DNA of 64,000 nucleotides from Alphaproteobacteria bacterium (GTDB lineage Bacteria; Pseudomonadota; Alphaproteobacteria; JAAXGF01): NCBI GenBank assembly GCA_046582565.1, contig JAYGED010000075.1, positions 4,876 to 68,875 of the forward strand, read 5' to 3'. Shown piece by piece: positions 33,479 to 46,445 of this stretch (position 1 is its first letter; each line of letters starts with the position of its first letter). The notes under the pieces were generated by a model. It saw only the letters and a program-made list of their open reading frames with translations, ran no database searches and was not told where the DNA came from. The position numbers and the translations under genes were made by a program.

Positions 33479-34971
33479 AGCCCGCAATACTATCTGTTGA
33501 TCTCGGATCGGGCGCGGTCAAGGCCGCGGTGGTCGATGACGCCGGCGCCCTGCTGGCAACCGGCGCGGCCGCTATCGATTTGATGCTGGGCGACGGCGGC
33601 GCCGCTGAACAAGACCCGGAGCAGCTTTGGCAGGCGGTCAAACAGGCTTGCGGGCAAGCCATCCAGGGGTCGAACGCCGATATCGTCGGCCTTTCCTGTA
33701 GCAGCCAGTATTCATCGGTGATCGCGGTCGATAAGGCGGGTGATGCCGTCGCCAATCTTCTTCTGTGGCGCGATACGCGCGGCGCCCGCCACGCCAAGGC
33801 GCTGCTCGACAACGCGCCGGGATCGCGCGACATCTGGACGGAGATACACGGCCTGCCGCCGTCGCCCGAAGGCCGCGATACTCTGGCCCATATGCTCTAC
33901 ATCAAGCAGGAGCTGCGCGAAATCTACGACCGCACCCACGCCTTTCTCGAGCCGGTGGATTATCTCAATCTGCGCTTTACCGGCGTGATCGCCGCCAACC
34001 AGGCGAGCGTCTACAAGATGCTGCTGACCGACAACCGCCGGACCAACGGAACCACCTATGATCCGACCCTGCTGGCCCTCGCCGGTATCGATGAGGACAA
34101 GCTGGCGCCCCTGGTCGAGATGGATGCGGTGATCGGCGAGGTTCGCGCCGATGTGGCGCGGGAACTCGGCCTGCCGGGCGGCGTTATGGTGCTTACCGGG
34201 GTCAACGACAATCACGCGGTGGCTCTGGGCACCGGCGCGCTCGATGCGGGCCGGGCGGGGATATCCATCGGCACCACGGCGAATATTTCCGCCCTGGTTG
34301 ACGGCCTACGAACGGATTTGCCCCGCCGCCTGGCCGCAATGCCGAGCCCCTATGCGGGCAGCCATATGGTGATGGCCGAAAACGGTTTGGGCGGCAAGGT
34401 GCTGGAACTGATGCTCAAACAGATGCTGCTGCCCGATGAAGCGGACCCCTTCGCCATTCTGGAACAGGCGGTGCGCCGGAGCCCGCCGGGATCGGGCGGC
34501 TTGTTGTTCCTGCCCTGGATCAACGGCGCCGGTTCGCCGGCCCAGAACGCCCGCGCGCGGGCCGGTTTTCTCAACATCTCGGTCGACACCACCCGCGATC
34601 ATATGTTGAGCGCGGTGCTGGAAGGCATCGCCTTCAATCTGCACTGGCTCAACCAGGCGGTGGAGGAATTCGTCGGCGGCCGCTTCGAGCGAATGATGTT
34701 TGCCGGCGGCGGCGCGCAATCAACCGCCTGGTCGCAAATTCTGGCCGATATACTCGATCGGCCGATCCATCGCATGGCCGATCCGCGCCACACGCCCTGC
34801 AAGGGCCTGGCCTATCGGGCGCTTGTCAGCCTGGGCCATTTGGGCGACAACGCAGAGGAGCGTTTTCTCAGGGTCGCCGAGGTTTATGATCCCCGGCCCG
34901 AGCATCGCGATCTATACGATACCCTCTACGCCCGGTTCCTCGCGGCGTATGAACGCATTAATGAGAGGTAA
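33475..34971 (+). CDS. FGGY-family carbohydrate/polyol kinase (xylulokinase-like)
   Basis: FGGY N- and C-domain motifs are present ([14 protein letters not shown]..., GGGAQS). The start overlaps the priA stop by 4 nt. Confidence 0.78.
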
Positions 34972-34973
34972 CC

Positions 34974-36413
34974 ATGTCGGACAAACTAAGACCTGATCCC
35001 AAGAAGGCCTATCCCTATCAAGCGCAGTACGGCGCACTCCATGCCATGCCACAGACCGCCATGGCGCGCGACCAGATCATCGGCCAGGCCGACTATATGT
35101 CGATGCGGGAGGATCACGTCTGGCAGGACGGCCAATGCTCGGGAACCATCTATGCCGGCGACGAGGAGCATTACGAATTTCTCAACCGGGTCTATAGCCG
35201 GTTTTCCCATGTCAACGCCCTACAGCGCGACATGTGCCCGAGCCAGACCCGCTTCGAGGCCGAAATCATCGCCATGACCGCAGATATGCTGAACGGCCAG
35301 GCGGTGGCCCGTGACACGCCGGGCCAGGAGGTCTGCGGCGTGGTCGGCAACGGCGGCACCGAAAGCATCATCAGCGCCCTGCTGGCCTACCGCGAGCACG
35401 CCCGCGAGACCCGCGGCATCACCGCGCCCGAAATCGTCATCCCGATCACCGCCCATGCGGCCTTCGACAAGGGCGCCCATTACTTCGGAATCAAGGTCAT
35501 CCACGCACCCATGGACCCAGAAACCACCCTGGTCGATGTGGATTTCATGGCCGGCGCCATCAATGCCAACACCATCGCCCTGGTCGGCTCGGCGGGCAAT
35601 TACCCCTACGGCACGATCGACCCCATGGCCGAACTCTCGGACCTAGCGCTCAAGCACGGCATCGGCCTGCATGTGGACGGCTGCCTGGGCGGCTTCATCC
35701 TGCCCTGGGGCGAGCGCCTGGGCTACGACATCCCGATCTTCGATTTCCGCCTACCCGGGGTCACCTCGATCTCGGCGGACACCCATAAGTACGGCTATGG
35801 CCTGAAGGGCACCTCGGTGGTTCTATATAGGAATAAGGAATTACGCACCGGACAGTTCTTCAGCCATCCCCTGTGGCCCGGCGGCATGTATTCCTCGCCG
35901 GGCATCGGCGGCAGCCGCTCGGGCGGGCTTCTCGCCGCCGCCTGGGCCGCCATGGTCAGCCTCGGCACAGAAGGCTATATGGCGCGGGCAAAACTGATTT
36001 TCGAGACCGCCTACGCCATGCAGGACGTGGTGAAAGCCTTGCCGGAACTGCGCTTGATGGGCGCGCCGAGCTTCTGCTTTTCCTTCACCTCGGATGATTT
36101 CGATATCTATCACGTCAACGACCATATGAAAGGCCTGGGCTGGCGCTTCAACGGCCAGCAATACCCCAGCGCCCTGCATATGTGCGTCACCGGCCCGCAA
36201 ACCCAGCCCGGCGTGATCCAGCGTTTTAGCGATGATTTGCAGGCTGCGGTCGCCTACGCCAGGAGCCCGGATGATCCGATCCCCAAAAGCGGCTCCTTCT
36301 ATGGCGGCGAAGGCGCTAGTGCGACCAGCGAAGGGGTTGATGTCACCGGCCTGAGAAAACAATTGATCGCCGCCCTGGGGCGTAATCTGGAGCAGCCCGA
36401 CGCCGTGGATTGA
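34974..36413 (+). CDS. PLP-dependent group-II decarboxylase-fold enzyme, sphingosine-1-phosphate-lyase-like
   Basis: The PLP-lysine motif S.DTHKYG is present, and the protein is about 479 aa with the architecture of bacterial S1P-lyase homologues. Its start lies 3 nt after the kinase stop. Confidence 0.65.
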   Translation: MSDKLRPDPKKAYPYQAQYGALHAMPQTAMARDQIIGQADYMSMREDHVWQDGQCSGTIYAGDEEHYEFLNRVYSRFSHVNALQRDMCPSQTRFEAEIIAMTADMLNGQAVARDTPGQEVCGVVGNGGTESIISALLAYREHARETRGITAPEIVIPITAHAAFDKGAHYFGIKVIHAPMDPETTLVDVDFMAGAINANTIALVGSAGNYPYGTIDPMAELSDLALKHGIGLHVDGCLGGFILPWGERLGYDIPIFDFRLPGVTSISADTHKYGYGLKGTSVVLYRNKELRTGQFFSHPLWPGGMYSSPGIGGSRSGGLLAAAWAAMVSLGTEGYMARAKLIFETAYAMQDVVKALPELRLMGAPSFCFSFTSDDFDIYHVNDHMKGLGWRFNGQQYPSALHMCVTGPQTQPGVIQRFSDDLQAAVAYARSPDDPIPKSGSFYGGEGASATSEGVDVTGLRKQLIAALGRNLEQPDAVD

Positions 36414-36555
36414 GCGCCCCTGAATTCAATGAGTTCGGGTTGCATCGCCCGAGGCCCTGTGTTACCTATCGCCGGCTTCTGATCGGGTCCTGCTATGGCC
36501 TGGGTTAGTTTCACATATTTGTTGATTATCAAATACTTACCCTCCTAGGGGGATT

Positions 36556-37134
36556 TTGAGGGGTTCATCCCGAGTGGCGAAAGACAGTGGTGGTATAACC
36601 GGACTCGCAACACGCTATGCAACAGCGCTGTTTGAGTTGGCGGTTGAAGAGAAAAATCTTGATGCGGTGGCGAGCGATCTTGCCTCGCTCCAGGAGCTGT
36701 TGCTTGATAGCGACGCCCTGCAACGGCTGGTGAAAAGCCCGGTGCTTTCGCGCGAAGAGCAGGTGCGCGCCATGGCGGCAATTCTCAGCCAGGGCAAGGC
36801 CGCCGATCTCACATCACACTTTGTCGGCCTGCTTGCCGAGCGTCGGCGCCTGTTCGTTCTTTCCGCCGTTATCGACAGATTCAACCAGATGCTCGCCGCC
36901 CATCGCGGCGAGATCAGCGCCCAGGTTATCTCAGCGCAGACACTTTCCGACAAGCGGCTCGACGCTATCCGTAACACCCTATCCAAGGTGTTGGACGGCG
37001 ATGTCGCGATCGACGCGCAAATCGACGAAGGCCTGATTGGTGGTCTCGTGGTTCGCGTCGGCTCGCGCATGGTCGATGCTTCGCTTCGTTCTAAAATTCA
37101 ACGTATGCAGCTCGCGATGAAGGGGGTTGGCTAA
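36556..37134 (+). CDS. atpH: F0F1 ATP synthase subunit delta
   Basis: The OSCP-like sequence begins ...YATALFELA... and the gene sits immediately upstream of atpA. The exact start is uncertain. Confidence 0.85.
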   Translation: MRGSSRVAKDSGGITGLATRYATALFELAVEEKNLDAVASDLASLQELLLDSDALQRLVKSPVLSREEQVRAMAAILSQGKAADLTSHFVGLLAERRRLFVLSAVIDRFNQMLAAHRGEISAQVISAQTLSDKRLDAIRNTLSKVLDGDVAIDAQIDEGLIGGLVVRVGSRMVDASLRSKIQRMQLAMKGVG

Positions 37135-38663
37135 TGGAAATTCGTGCCGCGGAAATTTCGGCGATCATCAAGGAACAGATTGCCGGGTTCGGCACCGAGG
37201 CTGAAGTCGCCGAGGTCGGCCAGGTCTTATCGGTCGGCGATGGCATCGCCCGTATTCATGGTCTCGACCAGGTTCAGGCCGGCGAGATGGTCGAGTTCCC
37301 GGGCGGTATCAAGGGGATGACGCTCAATCTCGAAATCGACAATGTCGGCGTCGTCATCTTCGGCGACGACTCGGGCATCAAGGAAGGCGACACGGTCAAG
37401 CGCACCGGCACCATCGTTGATGTGCCGTCGGGCGAGGCCCTGCTGGGCCGCGTAGTCGACGCCCTGGGCAACCCCATCGACGGCGGACCGCCAATCGAGA
37501 CCGACCAGCGCAGCCGTATCGAGGTCAAGGCGCCGGGCATCATCCCGCGCCAATCGGTGCACGAGCCCGTGCAGACCGGCATCAAGGCGCTCGACGCCCT
37601 GGTTCCCGTCGGCCGCGGCCAGCGCGAACTGATCATCGGCGACCGCCAGACCGGCAAGACCGCCGTCGCCATCGACACCATTATCAATCAGAAGAAGATC
37701 AACGACGGCGACGATGAATCGAAGAAGCTGTACTGCATCTATGTGGCCATTGGCCAGAAGCGCTCGACCGTGGCCCAGGTGGTCAAGACCCTGAACGATT
37801 ACGACGCCATGAAATACACCATCGTGGTGGCCGCCACCGCATCCGACCCGGCGCCGCTGCAGTTCCTGGCGCCCTATACGGGCTGCGCCATGGGCGAATA
37901 TTTCCGCGACAACGGCAAGCATGCGCTGATCATCTATGACGATCTGTCGAAACAGGCGGTGGCCTATCGCCAGATGTCGCTGCTGCTGCGCCGCCCACCG
38001 GGACGCGAAGCCTATCCCGGCGATGTGTTCTATCTTCATTCCCGGCTGCTGGAGCGCGCCGCCAAGTTGAACGCCGATAACGGCTCGGGCTCGCTCACCG
38101 CCCTGCCGATCATCGAGACCCAGGCGGGCGATGTGTCGGCCTACATTCCGACCAACGTGATTTCCATCACCGACGGTCAGATTTTCCTCGAAACCGAGCT
38201 GTTCTATCAAGGCATTCGCCCGGCCATTAACGTCGGCCTGTCGGTCAGCCGTGTCGGCTCGGCCGCCCAGACCAAAGCCATGAAGCAGGTCGCCGGCTCG
38301 ATTAAGCTGGAACTCGCCCAATATCGCGAGATGGCGGCTTTTGCCCAGTTCGGTTCGGACCTGGACGCCGCGACCCAGCGCCTGCTGAACCGAGGCGCTC
38401 GCCTCACAGCCCTGCTCAAGCAGAATCAGTATACGCCCTACCCCATCGAGGAGCAGGTGGTAGCGATCTATGCCGGCGTGCGCGGCCATCTCGACGCTAT
38501 CGATGTCGCACATGTCGAGCGCTTCGAGCAGGAACTGCTTGCCGACATGCGCGACAAGAACGCCGATGTGCTGGCAACGATCCGCGACGAGAGCGCTATT
38601 TCCGACGACACCGAGGAAAAGCTCAAAAGCATCCTCGAAGGTTTCGTCAAGGCCTTCGCCTGA
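37134..38663 (+). CDS. atpA: F0F1 ATP synthase subunit alpha
   Basis: The P-loop GDRQTGKT is present. Confidence 0.97.
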   Translation: MEIRAAEISAIIKEQIAGFGTEAEVAEVGQVLSVGDGIARIHGLDQVQAGEMVEFPGGIKGMTLNLEIDNVGVVIFGDDSGIKEGDTVKRTGTIVDVPSGEALLGRVVDALGNPIDGGPPIETDQRSRIEVKAPGIIPRQSVHEPVQTGIKALDALVPVGRGQRELIIGDRQTGKTAVAIDTIINQKKINDGDDESKKLYCIYVAIGQKRSTVAQVVKTLNDYDAMKYTIVVAATASDPAPLQFLAPYTGCAMGEYFRDNGKHALIIYDDLSKQAVAYRQMSLLLRRPPGREAYPGDVFYLHSRLLERAAKLNADNGSGSLTALPIIETQAGDVSAYIPTNVISITDGQIFLETELFYQGIRPAINVGLSVSRVGSAAQTKAMKQVAGSIKLELAQYREMAAFAQFGSDLDAATQRLLNRGARLTALLKQNQYTPYPIEEQVVAIYAGVRGHLDAIDVAHVERFEQELLADMRDKNADVLATIRDESAISDDTEEKLKSILEGFVKAFA

Positions 38664-38683
38664 TCGCGCGATAGAGCAAAACC

Positions 38684-41025
<2,342 letters not shown>

Positions 41026-41028
41026 CCC

Positions 41029-41469
41029 ATGAGCGACCAGACGACAGCCGGCGACGCAGCAGTCGAGAACGACGGCAAGCTCGGCTTCGAGCTCGCATCG
41101 CCCGAGGCGTTGCTGGTGTCGCGCCGCGCCGACATGGTCGTGGTGCCCGGCGCGGAAGGTGATTTCGGCGTCCTGCCGGGCCACGCACCCTTCATCTCCG
41201 AGGTGCGGCCCGGGGTCATCGATATCTATTCGGGCGACAAAATCGACGAGCGCATTTTCGTCGCCAGCGGCTTCGCGGAAGTGAATGAGCAAGGCTGTAC
41301 GGTGTTATCGGGCGAGGCCTACCCGCTCGATGATCTGGACAAAGCCGATGTCGATGAACGCCGCAGCGACGCCGTGGATCAACTCGCCAACGCCGACAAC
41401 GACGAAGAACGCGCCACCGCCGAGGCCGAAATCGCCCTCTGCGACGCCATGCTTGTGGCGTTGGCGTAG
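41029..41469 (+). CDS. atpC: F0F1 ATP synthase subunit epsilon
   Basis: The fold resembles ATP synthase epsilon, and it is the last gene of the atp operon. Confidence 0.88.
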   Translation: MSDQTTAGDAAVENDGKLGFELASPEALLVSRRADMVVVPGAEGDFGVLPGHAPFISEVRPGVIDIYSGDKIDERIFVASGFAEVNEQGCTVLSGEAYPLDDLDKADVDERRSDAVDQLANADNDEERATAEAEIALCDAMLVALA

Positions 41470-41482
41470 CTCACCAAAACAA

Positions 41483-41956
41483 TCAGCCGCCTGTCAAAAC
41501 GTCTCTGAACCCGGCGAAAACGTCGCTATAGAGCTGGCGTTTGAAGGGAATGATGAGACGAACCATGTCGTCGGGCGCGAGCCATTTCCAGGCAGCAAAC
41601 TCAGCATGGTGGGTATTTAAATCAATTTCTTCGTCTTTGCCCAAAAAGCGCATAGCAAACCATTTCTGCACTTGCCCCACATAGCGCCCGCTCCACACCT
41701 TTGCCGCCAGGTCGGGCGGCAGGTCATACGTCAGCCAATCCTGACTTTCGGCGATGATTTCGGCGCTCGTTACCCCGGTTTCCTCGGCCAGCTCGCGAAA
41801 TGCCGCCGCGTCCGGCTGCTCGCCCTCATCGATGCCACCCTGCGGCATTTGCCAGGCTTCGTCCGCGGCGTCGATGCGGCGGCCGCCGAACACCAGGCCG
41901 TCGCGGTTAATCAGAACAATGCCGACACCCGGGCGATAGCCGCCATCCGTCATCAT
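41483..41956 (-). CDS. rppH: RNA pyrophosphohydrolase (Nudix)
   Basis: The Nudix box GG.....E....AA.REL.EETG is present in the length typical of RppH. Confidence 0.82.
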   Translation of the reverse strand: MMTDGGYRPGVGIVLINRDGLVFGGRRIDAADEAWQMPQGGIDEGEQPDAAAFRELAEETGVTSAEIIAESQDWLTYDLPPDLAAKVWSGRYVGQVQKWFAMRFLGKDEEIDLNTHHAEFAAWKWLAPDDMVRLIIPFKRQLYSDVFAGFRDVLTGG

Positions 41957-41973
41957 TTAAACTCCCGGAGCCG

Positions 41974-43911
41974 TCACTCGATCTTCTGCCGGTTGGCCAG
42001 GGCACTGACCGGAACCAGGGAGATTTGCTTTTCCTCGAGGCTCTTTATCCAAATTGTGAGCCGCTCGACGGTGACCGGATAGGCATGGCCGACCGCGACT
42101 GAATAGCCGACCCGGCGAGCGATGCGCTCGATCTCATCCAGGCGGCGGTCAATCGCCGGCCGGGATGCCTGAACATCGAGAGAGCGATTGTTGATGGCGC
42201 GCGGCAAGCCGATGGTGGTCGCCAGGCTGGCTGCAATGCTGTTGGCCGAGGTGCGGGTATCCAGAAACATCAGGCCGCGCACCTTCAGGGCCGAAAGAAT
42301 GGGCCGCATATCGTCGGATGATGCGGTGAACCGCGAGCCCATGTTGTGGGTAACGCCCACATAGCCGCTGGCGCGGCCGAGATGCCACCGCAGGCGCTCG
42401 GCGTTCTCCGCGCCACTCAACGAAGTCAGCAAGGCCTGGGGCCCAGGATCGATGGTCGGATAGTTTTCCGGCTCCATGGGCAGATCGAGCAATACCTCAT
42501 GGCCGGCGGCGCGCGCCAGATCGATCCATTTCTGCAAATCACGGGCGTGGGAAGCGAAAGCCAGGGTAATGGCCCCGGGCAACTGGATCGCCGCCGTAGT
42601 GGCAGCGCTACCCAGCCCAAGCCCGGTGACAACAACGGCGACCTGCGGCCTATCATCCTTTTCGTCCGATGGCCGCGCATTGGCCAGTATTAATTCTGGT
42701 GTTGTCAGGACCGGCGAGCTCGACGGCAGCTTCGCCAGGTCAATCAGGGGTTCGGCCGGCGGCTCGGGCAGCAGGGACACGGTTGGTGCCACCGTGGCAA
42801 CCGTGGCAACCGTCTCTTCCTCCGCCTGAGCCGGCGCCTCTTCGGACGCCGATTGCCCGGCCAGAGGCGTTAGAGCCTCGACTTCCTCCACCATGGCTAC
42901 CGTCTGCTCGGGTTCCGATTGCCCCGCCAGAGGCGTGACAGCCTCGACTTCCTCCGCAGACGTGACCACGGGCGCTTCCTGTGGCATGGCCAGCACCTCG
43001 TCGGGAGCAAGTTCGCCGATCATATAGATCTCCGCCTCTTCTTCGCCGGCAGGAACCGGCGGCGGCGCCACCAGTGACGGCAGCGGTGAGGCTTCTTCCA
43101 GTGCCGGCTCGGGAGCAGACTCGGGCACCTGCTGCTCGATGGCGATACTGTCTTCGACAACCTCAAGCGGCGCCCTTGGCTCGGGCAAGGCCGCCTCAAA
43201 CGTATCGGCTACAATGCTATCCACCAGGGCCTCGAGCGCCGCCTCGGGCGCGGGCGCGATGGGCTCAGGCGTCGGCTCGATAGCGGCCAGGACCGCCTCT
43301 TCAGGCGCAGGCGCAGGCGCCGGTTCCGGCTCGGCCACGACGATCTCTTCGGCACCCTCCACGGGCACGTCCGGCTCCGCCTTGAGCGCATCGGCTACAA
43401 TGCTGTCCACCAGGGCTTCGAGCGCCGTCTCGGGTGCGGACGCGACAGGTTCGGGCGTCGGCTCGACAGCGGCCAGGACCGCCTCTTCAGGCGCAGGCGC
43501 AGGCGCGGGCTCCGGTTCCGGCTCGGCCACGACGCTCTCTTCGGCACCCTCCAGCGGCGCGCTTGGCTCAGACGGAGACTCATAGGGCGGCGGCAGATCA
43601 AGCACAGCGACCACCGACTCGGGTGCGGACGGGATGGGTTCGGCTGCGGGCTCCGCGGCCGGCAATTGAACGACTACCGCCGCCGCCGCGAGATTCAGAG
43701 ACAAAACAGTCTCCGCTTCCGGGATCGACAGGGTGAGCAGATAAGCGTTTTCAAATGCGCTCTGGGCCGCCAAGCGCGTCGCCTCTGACGCCGGCGTCAG
43801 GGCGATCAAAAGGGCGCTGATCAGGGCGAGATTAAAGAGGACGAACGCCACCTTGGCAGGGATGCTAAAACCAGATGGCTGTTGTTTTTCTTGTATCCTA
43901 AAGATATTCAC
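41974..43911 (-). CDS. Divergent polysaccharide deacetylase (YibQ-like) with a long acidic Pro/Ala/Glu-rich repetitive N-terminal region
   Basis: The C-terminal 215 aa or so match the YibQ/DUF610 core. The N-terminal 430 aa are low-complexity PEPxPAPAP repeats. Confidence 0.68.
   Translation of the reverse strand: MNIFRIQEKQQPSGFSIPAKVAFVLFNLALISALLIALTPASEATRLAAQSAFENAYLLTLSIPEAETVLSLNLAAAAVVVQLPAAEPAAEPIPSAPESVVAVLDLPPPYESPSEPSAPLEGAEESVVAEPEPEPAPAPAPEEAVLAAVEPTPEPVASAPETALEALVDSIVADALKAEPDVPVEGAEEIVVAEPEPAPAPAPEEAVLAAIEPTPEPIAPAPEAALEALVDSIVADTFEAALPEPRAPLEVVEDSIAIEQQVPESAPEPALEEASPLPSLVAPPPVPAGEEEAEIYMIGELAPDEVLAMPQEAPVVTSAEEVEAVTPLAGQSEPEQTVAMVEEVEALTPLAGQSASEEAPAQAEEETVATVATVAPTVSLLPEPPAEPLIDLAKLPSSSPVLTTPELILANARPSDEKDDRPQVAVVVTGLGLGSAATTAAIQLPGAITLAFASHARDLQKWIDLARAAGHEVLLDLPMEPENYPTIDPGPQALLTSLSGAENAERLRWHLGRASGYVGVTHNMGSRFTASSDDMRPILSALKVRGLMFLDTRTSANSIAASLATTIGLPRAINNRSLDVQASRPAIDRRLDEIERIARRVGYSVAVGHAYPVTVERLTIWIKSLEEKQISLVPVSALANRQKIE
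43196..43570. repeat. Tandem duplication of about 186 bp (x2, about 90% identical) inside the yibQ-like gene
   Basis: The sequence atcggctacaatgct(a/g)tccaccagggc(c/t)tcgagcgcc recurs at about 43204 and 43390. The encoded protein repeat is ...EPEPAPAPAPEEAVLAA(V/I)EPTPEP...ALEALVDSIVAD... . Confidence 0.8.
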
Positions 43912-43944
43912 ATCAATGCTTTATGCTGGCTCTCTGAACCGTTC

Positions 43945-45258
43945 TTAATTGACAATCTTCTCATTGAATAACGACAAGCCGTGGATTAAATCGAGTGCCC
44001 GCGAGAGCTGGAAATCCTTCCGCGCCAACTCCGACCGGCCGTTTTGCCCATCGGTTTCGCTGGACTCCGCATCGCCGGAATCGCCATTGATCTCCTCTTC
44101 GCTGGCCAGACGATTGCGTAGGCTCGCCTCGTCGCGCAGGTTGCCGTTTTTCTCTTCGCTTTCGACGCGGCCCTGCTCGACCACGATATCGGGGACAATG
44201 CCCTTGGCCTGAATCGAGGCGCCAGACGGCGTGTAATAGCGCGCTGTGGTCAAGCGGATGGCGCCATGCCCCGACAGAGGGATGATCGTCTGCACCGAGC
44301 CCTTACCGAAGCTGCGCGTCCCCAGGATGATAGCGCGCCGGTGGTCCTGAAGTGCGCCCGCGACGATTTCAGAGGCGCTCGCCGAGCCGCCGTTGATCAG
44401 CACCACGATGGGCAGGGAGTCGGCGAGATCGCCGCTCTTGGCGTTGAAGCGTTGCACACTGTCGGTGCGACGACCCCGGGTCGAGACGATTTCGCCCTTG
44501 TCGAGAAAGGCGTCGGAAATGGCGATTGCCTGATCCAGCAGACCGCCCGGGTTGTTGCGCAGATCGACGATAACGCCCGTTAAGGCATCGCCGAGTTCCT
44601 CCTTGATCTTGCCCAGTTCGCGGATCAGCCCGACCTCGGCCTGTTCGTTGAATTTGGTAATGCGGATATAAGCGGCGTTTTCCTCGATTCGCGCCTTGAT
44701 CGATTGAATCTTGATGACCGCGCGGGTGATCCGCGTCTCGATGGGTTGTTCGACCCCCTCGCGGCGGATCATCAGAACGATGTCGGTGCCGATCAGGCCG
44801 CGCATACGGTCGACCGCTTCCGACAGGGTCAGGCCGAGCACCTGTTCGCCGTCGAGATGAGTGATGAAGTCGCCGGCCTTGACGCCGGCCTTGGCCGCCG
44901 GTGTGTCGTCGATCGGTGAGACCACCTTAACCAGCCCATTCTCCATGGTCACTTCGATGCCGAGGCCGCCGAACTCGCCCTTGGTCTCGACGCGCATGTC
45001 TTCGAAGCTCTCGCGGTTGAGATAGCTCGAATGCGGATCCAGCGATGACAGCATGCCGTCGATCGCCGATTCGATAAGTTCCTTATCGCTGACTTCCTCG
45101 ACGTAATCGGAGCGAACCCGCTCGAACACATCGCCGAACAGATTGAGCTGTCGATAGGTCTCCGAGCTCGCAGCCAGGGCGTCCCCAGGGCCCGCCGTCG
45201 CCGCCAGCATCAACAGCGCCACCGCGCCAAATCCCGCACTCAGTATTTTACGCATCAT
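43945..45258 (-). CDS. ctpA: Carboxy-terminal processing protease (S41)
   Basis: A signal peptide, a PDZ domain and the S41 catalytic region (...GGSASASEIVAGAL..) are present. Confidence 0.9.
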   Translation of the reverse strand: MMRKILSAGFGAVALLMLAATAGPGDALAASSETYRQLNLFGDVFERVRSDYVEEVSDKELIESAIDGMLSSLDPHSSYLNRESFEDMRVETKGEFGGLGIEVTMENGLVKVVSPIDDTPAAKAGVKAGDFITHLDGEQVLGLTLSEAVDRMRGLIGTDIVLMIRREGVEQPIETRITRAVIKIQSIKARIEENAAYIRITKFNEQAEVGLIRELGKIKEELGDALTGVIVDLRNNPGGLLDQAIAISDAFLDKGEIVSTRGRRTDSVQRFNAKSGDLADSLPIVVLINGGSASASEIVAGALQDHRRAIILGTRSFGKGSVQTIIPLSGHGAIRLTTARYYTPSGASIQAKGIVPDIVVEQGRVESEEKNGNLRDEASLRNRLASEEEINGDSGDAESSETDGQNGRSELARKDFQLSRALDLIHGLSLFNEKIVN

Positions 45259-46445
45259 CCATCAGCCTTTTGTCCACTTGCCATCAACCAGTTCAGCGGG
45301 TTTACCGCAATACCATCATGGCGAAATTCAACATATAAAGATGTGTAACCCGTTAACCCGCGTCCCATCACGCCAACCGGTTCGCCCGCCAACAGCCATT
45401 GACCTAAAAAACTATCGATCCGGGAAAACCCCGCCAGCAACGTATGATACCCCTCGCCGTGATCGATGATCAAGAGCCGGCCATAGCCGCGAAACGGACC
45501 GGCGTAAACAACCTCGCCATCATAGGGCGTTATGACCCGGGCGTCGTCGCGAGTTTCGATGGTAATTCCCTTGTTCTTCTGCTCGCCTTCGCCCTCGCCA
45601 AACAGGGCGACGAGCCGGCCCCTCGCCGGCATGGGCAGGCTGCCCCGCGCCGTGCTGAACGGTTTGGGATTGATTTTGGCAAGGCTTTGGCTCTGAGGCT
45701 GCAGGTCGTCAGCGGGCGTTGTCGGCGCTTCCGCCGCCAGGCTACCGAAGAGATCGCGCAAATTATCAGCCTCGCTGGAAAGCCGCGCCACGCGCTGCTC
45801 CGCCAGAGATTTATTCTCTTCGCTTTGCTGGCGCCGGACGACCGCCGCGGCGTGAAGCGCTTCCAGCCGCTCGTCTTCCTGGGCGAGAGCGGCGGTAACC
45901 CCCTCGAGTTCCATACGTTGGCTGGCGATCCGGCGATGGAGCGCTTTTAGTGCGCTGAGGGCAGCGCCGAGTCGGCGGGCGTCTTCGCCCAACATCGATG
46001 CCGTTGTTTTCAGCGCGAGACTCGCGCGGATCACATCGTCGATCGCCGCCGGCGTTGCGATCAGGGCTTGCGGCGGTTGCCGGCTGAGCCGAACAAGGGC
46101 GCCCAGGGCTGCGCCTCGGGCAATGCTGCGGCCATATGCAGCCTCCGACAGCTCGGCTTCCCGACGGGACAAATCCACTAGCTGCGCCTCCATGGCGGTA
46201 ATCCGGTCCTCGTGAGCCTGAGAGGTTTGCGCGGCCGCGACGAGCTGGCTCTTGATCTCGTAAAGGTCCTTCTCTATCGCCCCGGCGGCGGCCAGGATCG
46301 CCTGTTCGCTGCGCCGTTCGGCGTCGAGCGCGCGCTCGACCGATTCGAGCTCACCGGCGGCGCGCGTTTGGGTGGGGTACAGGGCCAGCAACAGGCCGGC
46401 GAGAACGATTGATCTGAATTCAGGCCGGATCACGGCGCGCAACAA
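45255..46445 (-). CDS. M23-family peptidoglycan hydrolase activator/peptidase (EnvC-like)
   Basis: A signal peptide and a long coiled coil are followed by a C-terminal LytM/M23 domain. Confidence 0.78.
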   Translation of the reverse strand: MLRAVIRPEFRSIVLAGLLLALYPTQTRAAGELESVERALDAERRSEQAILAAAGAIEKDLYEIKSQLVAAAQTSQAHEDRITAMEAQLVDLSRREAELSEAAYGRSIARGAALGALVRLSRQPPQALIATPAAIDDVIRASLALKTTASMLGEDARRLGAALSALKALHRRIASQRMELEGVTAALAQEDERLEALHAAAVVRRQQSEENKSLAEQRVARLSSEADNLRDLFGSLAAEAPTTPADDLQPQSQSLAKINPKPFSTARGSLPMPARGRLVALFGEGEGEQKNKGITIETRDDARVITPYDGEVVYAGPFRGYGRLLIIDHGEGYHTLLAGFSRIDSFLGQWLLAGEPVGVMGRGLTGYTSLYVEFRHDGIAVNPLNWLMASGQKADG

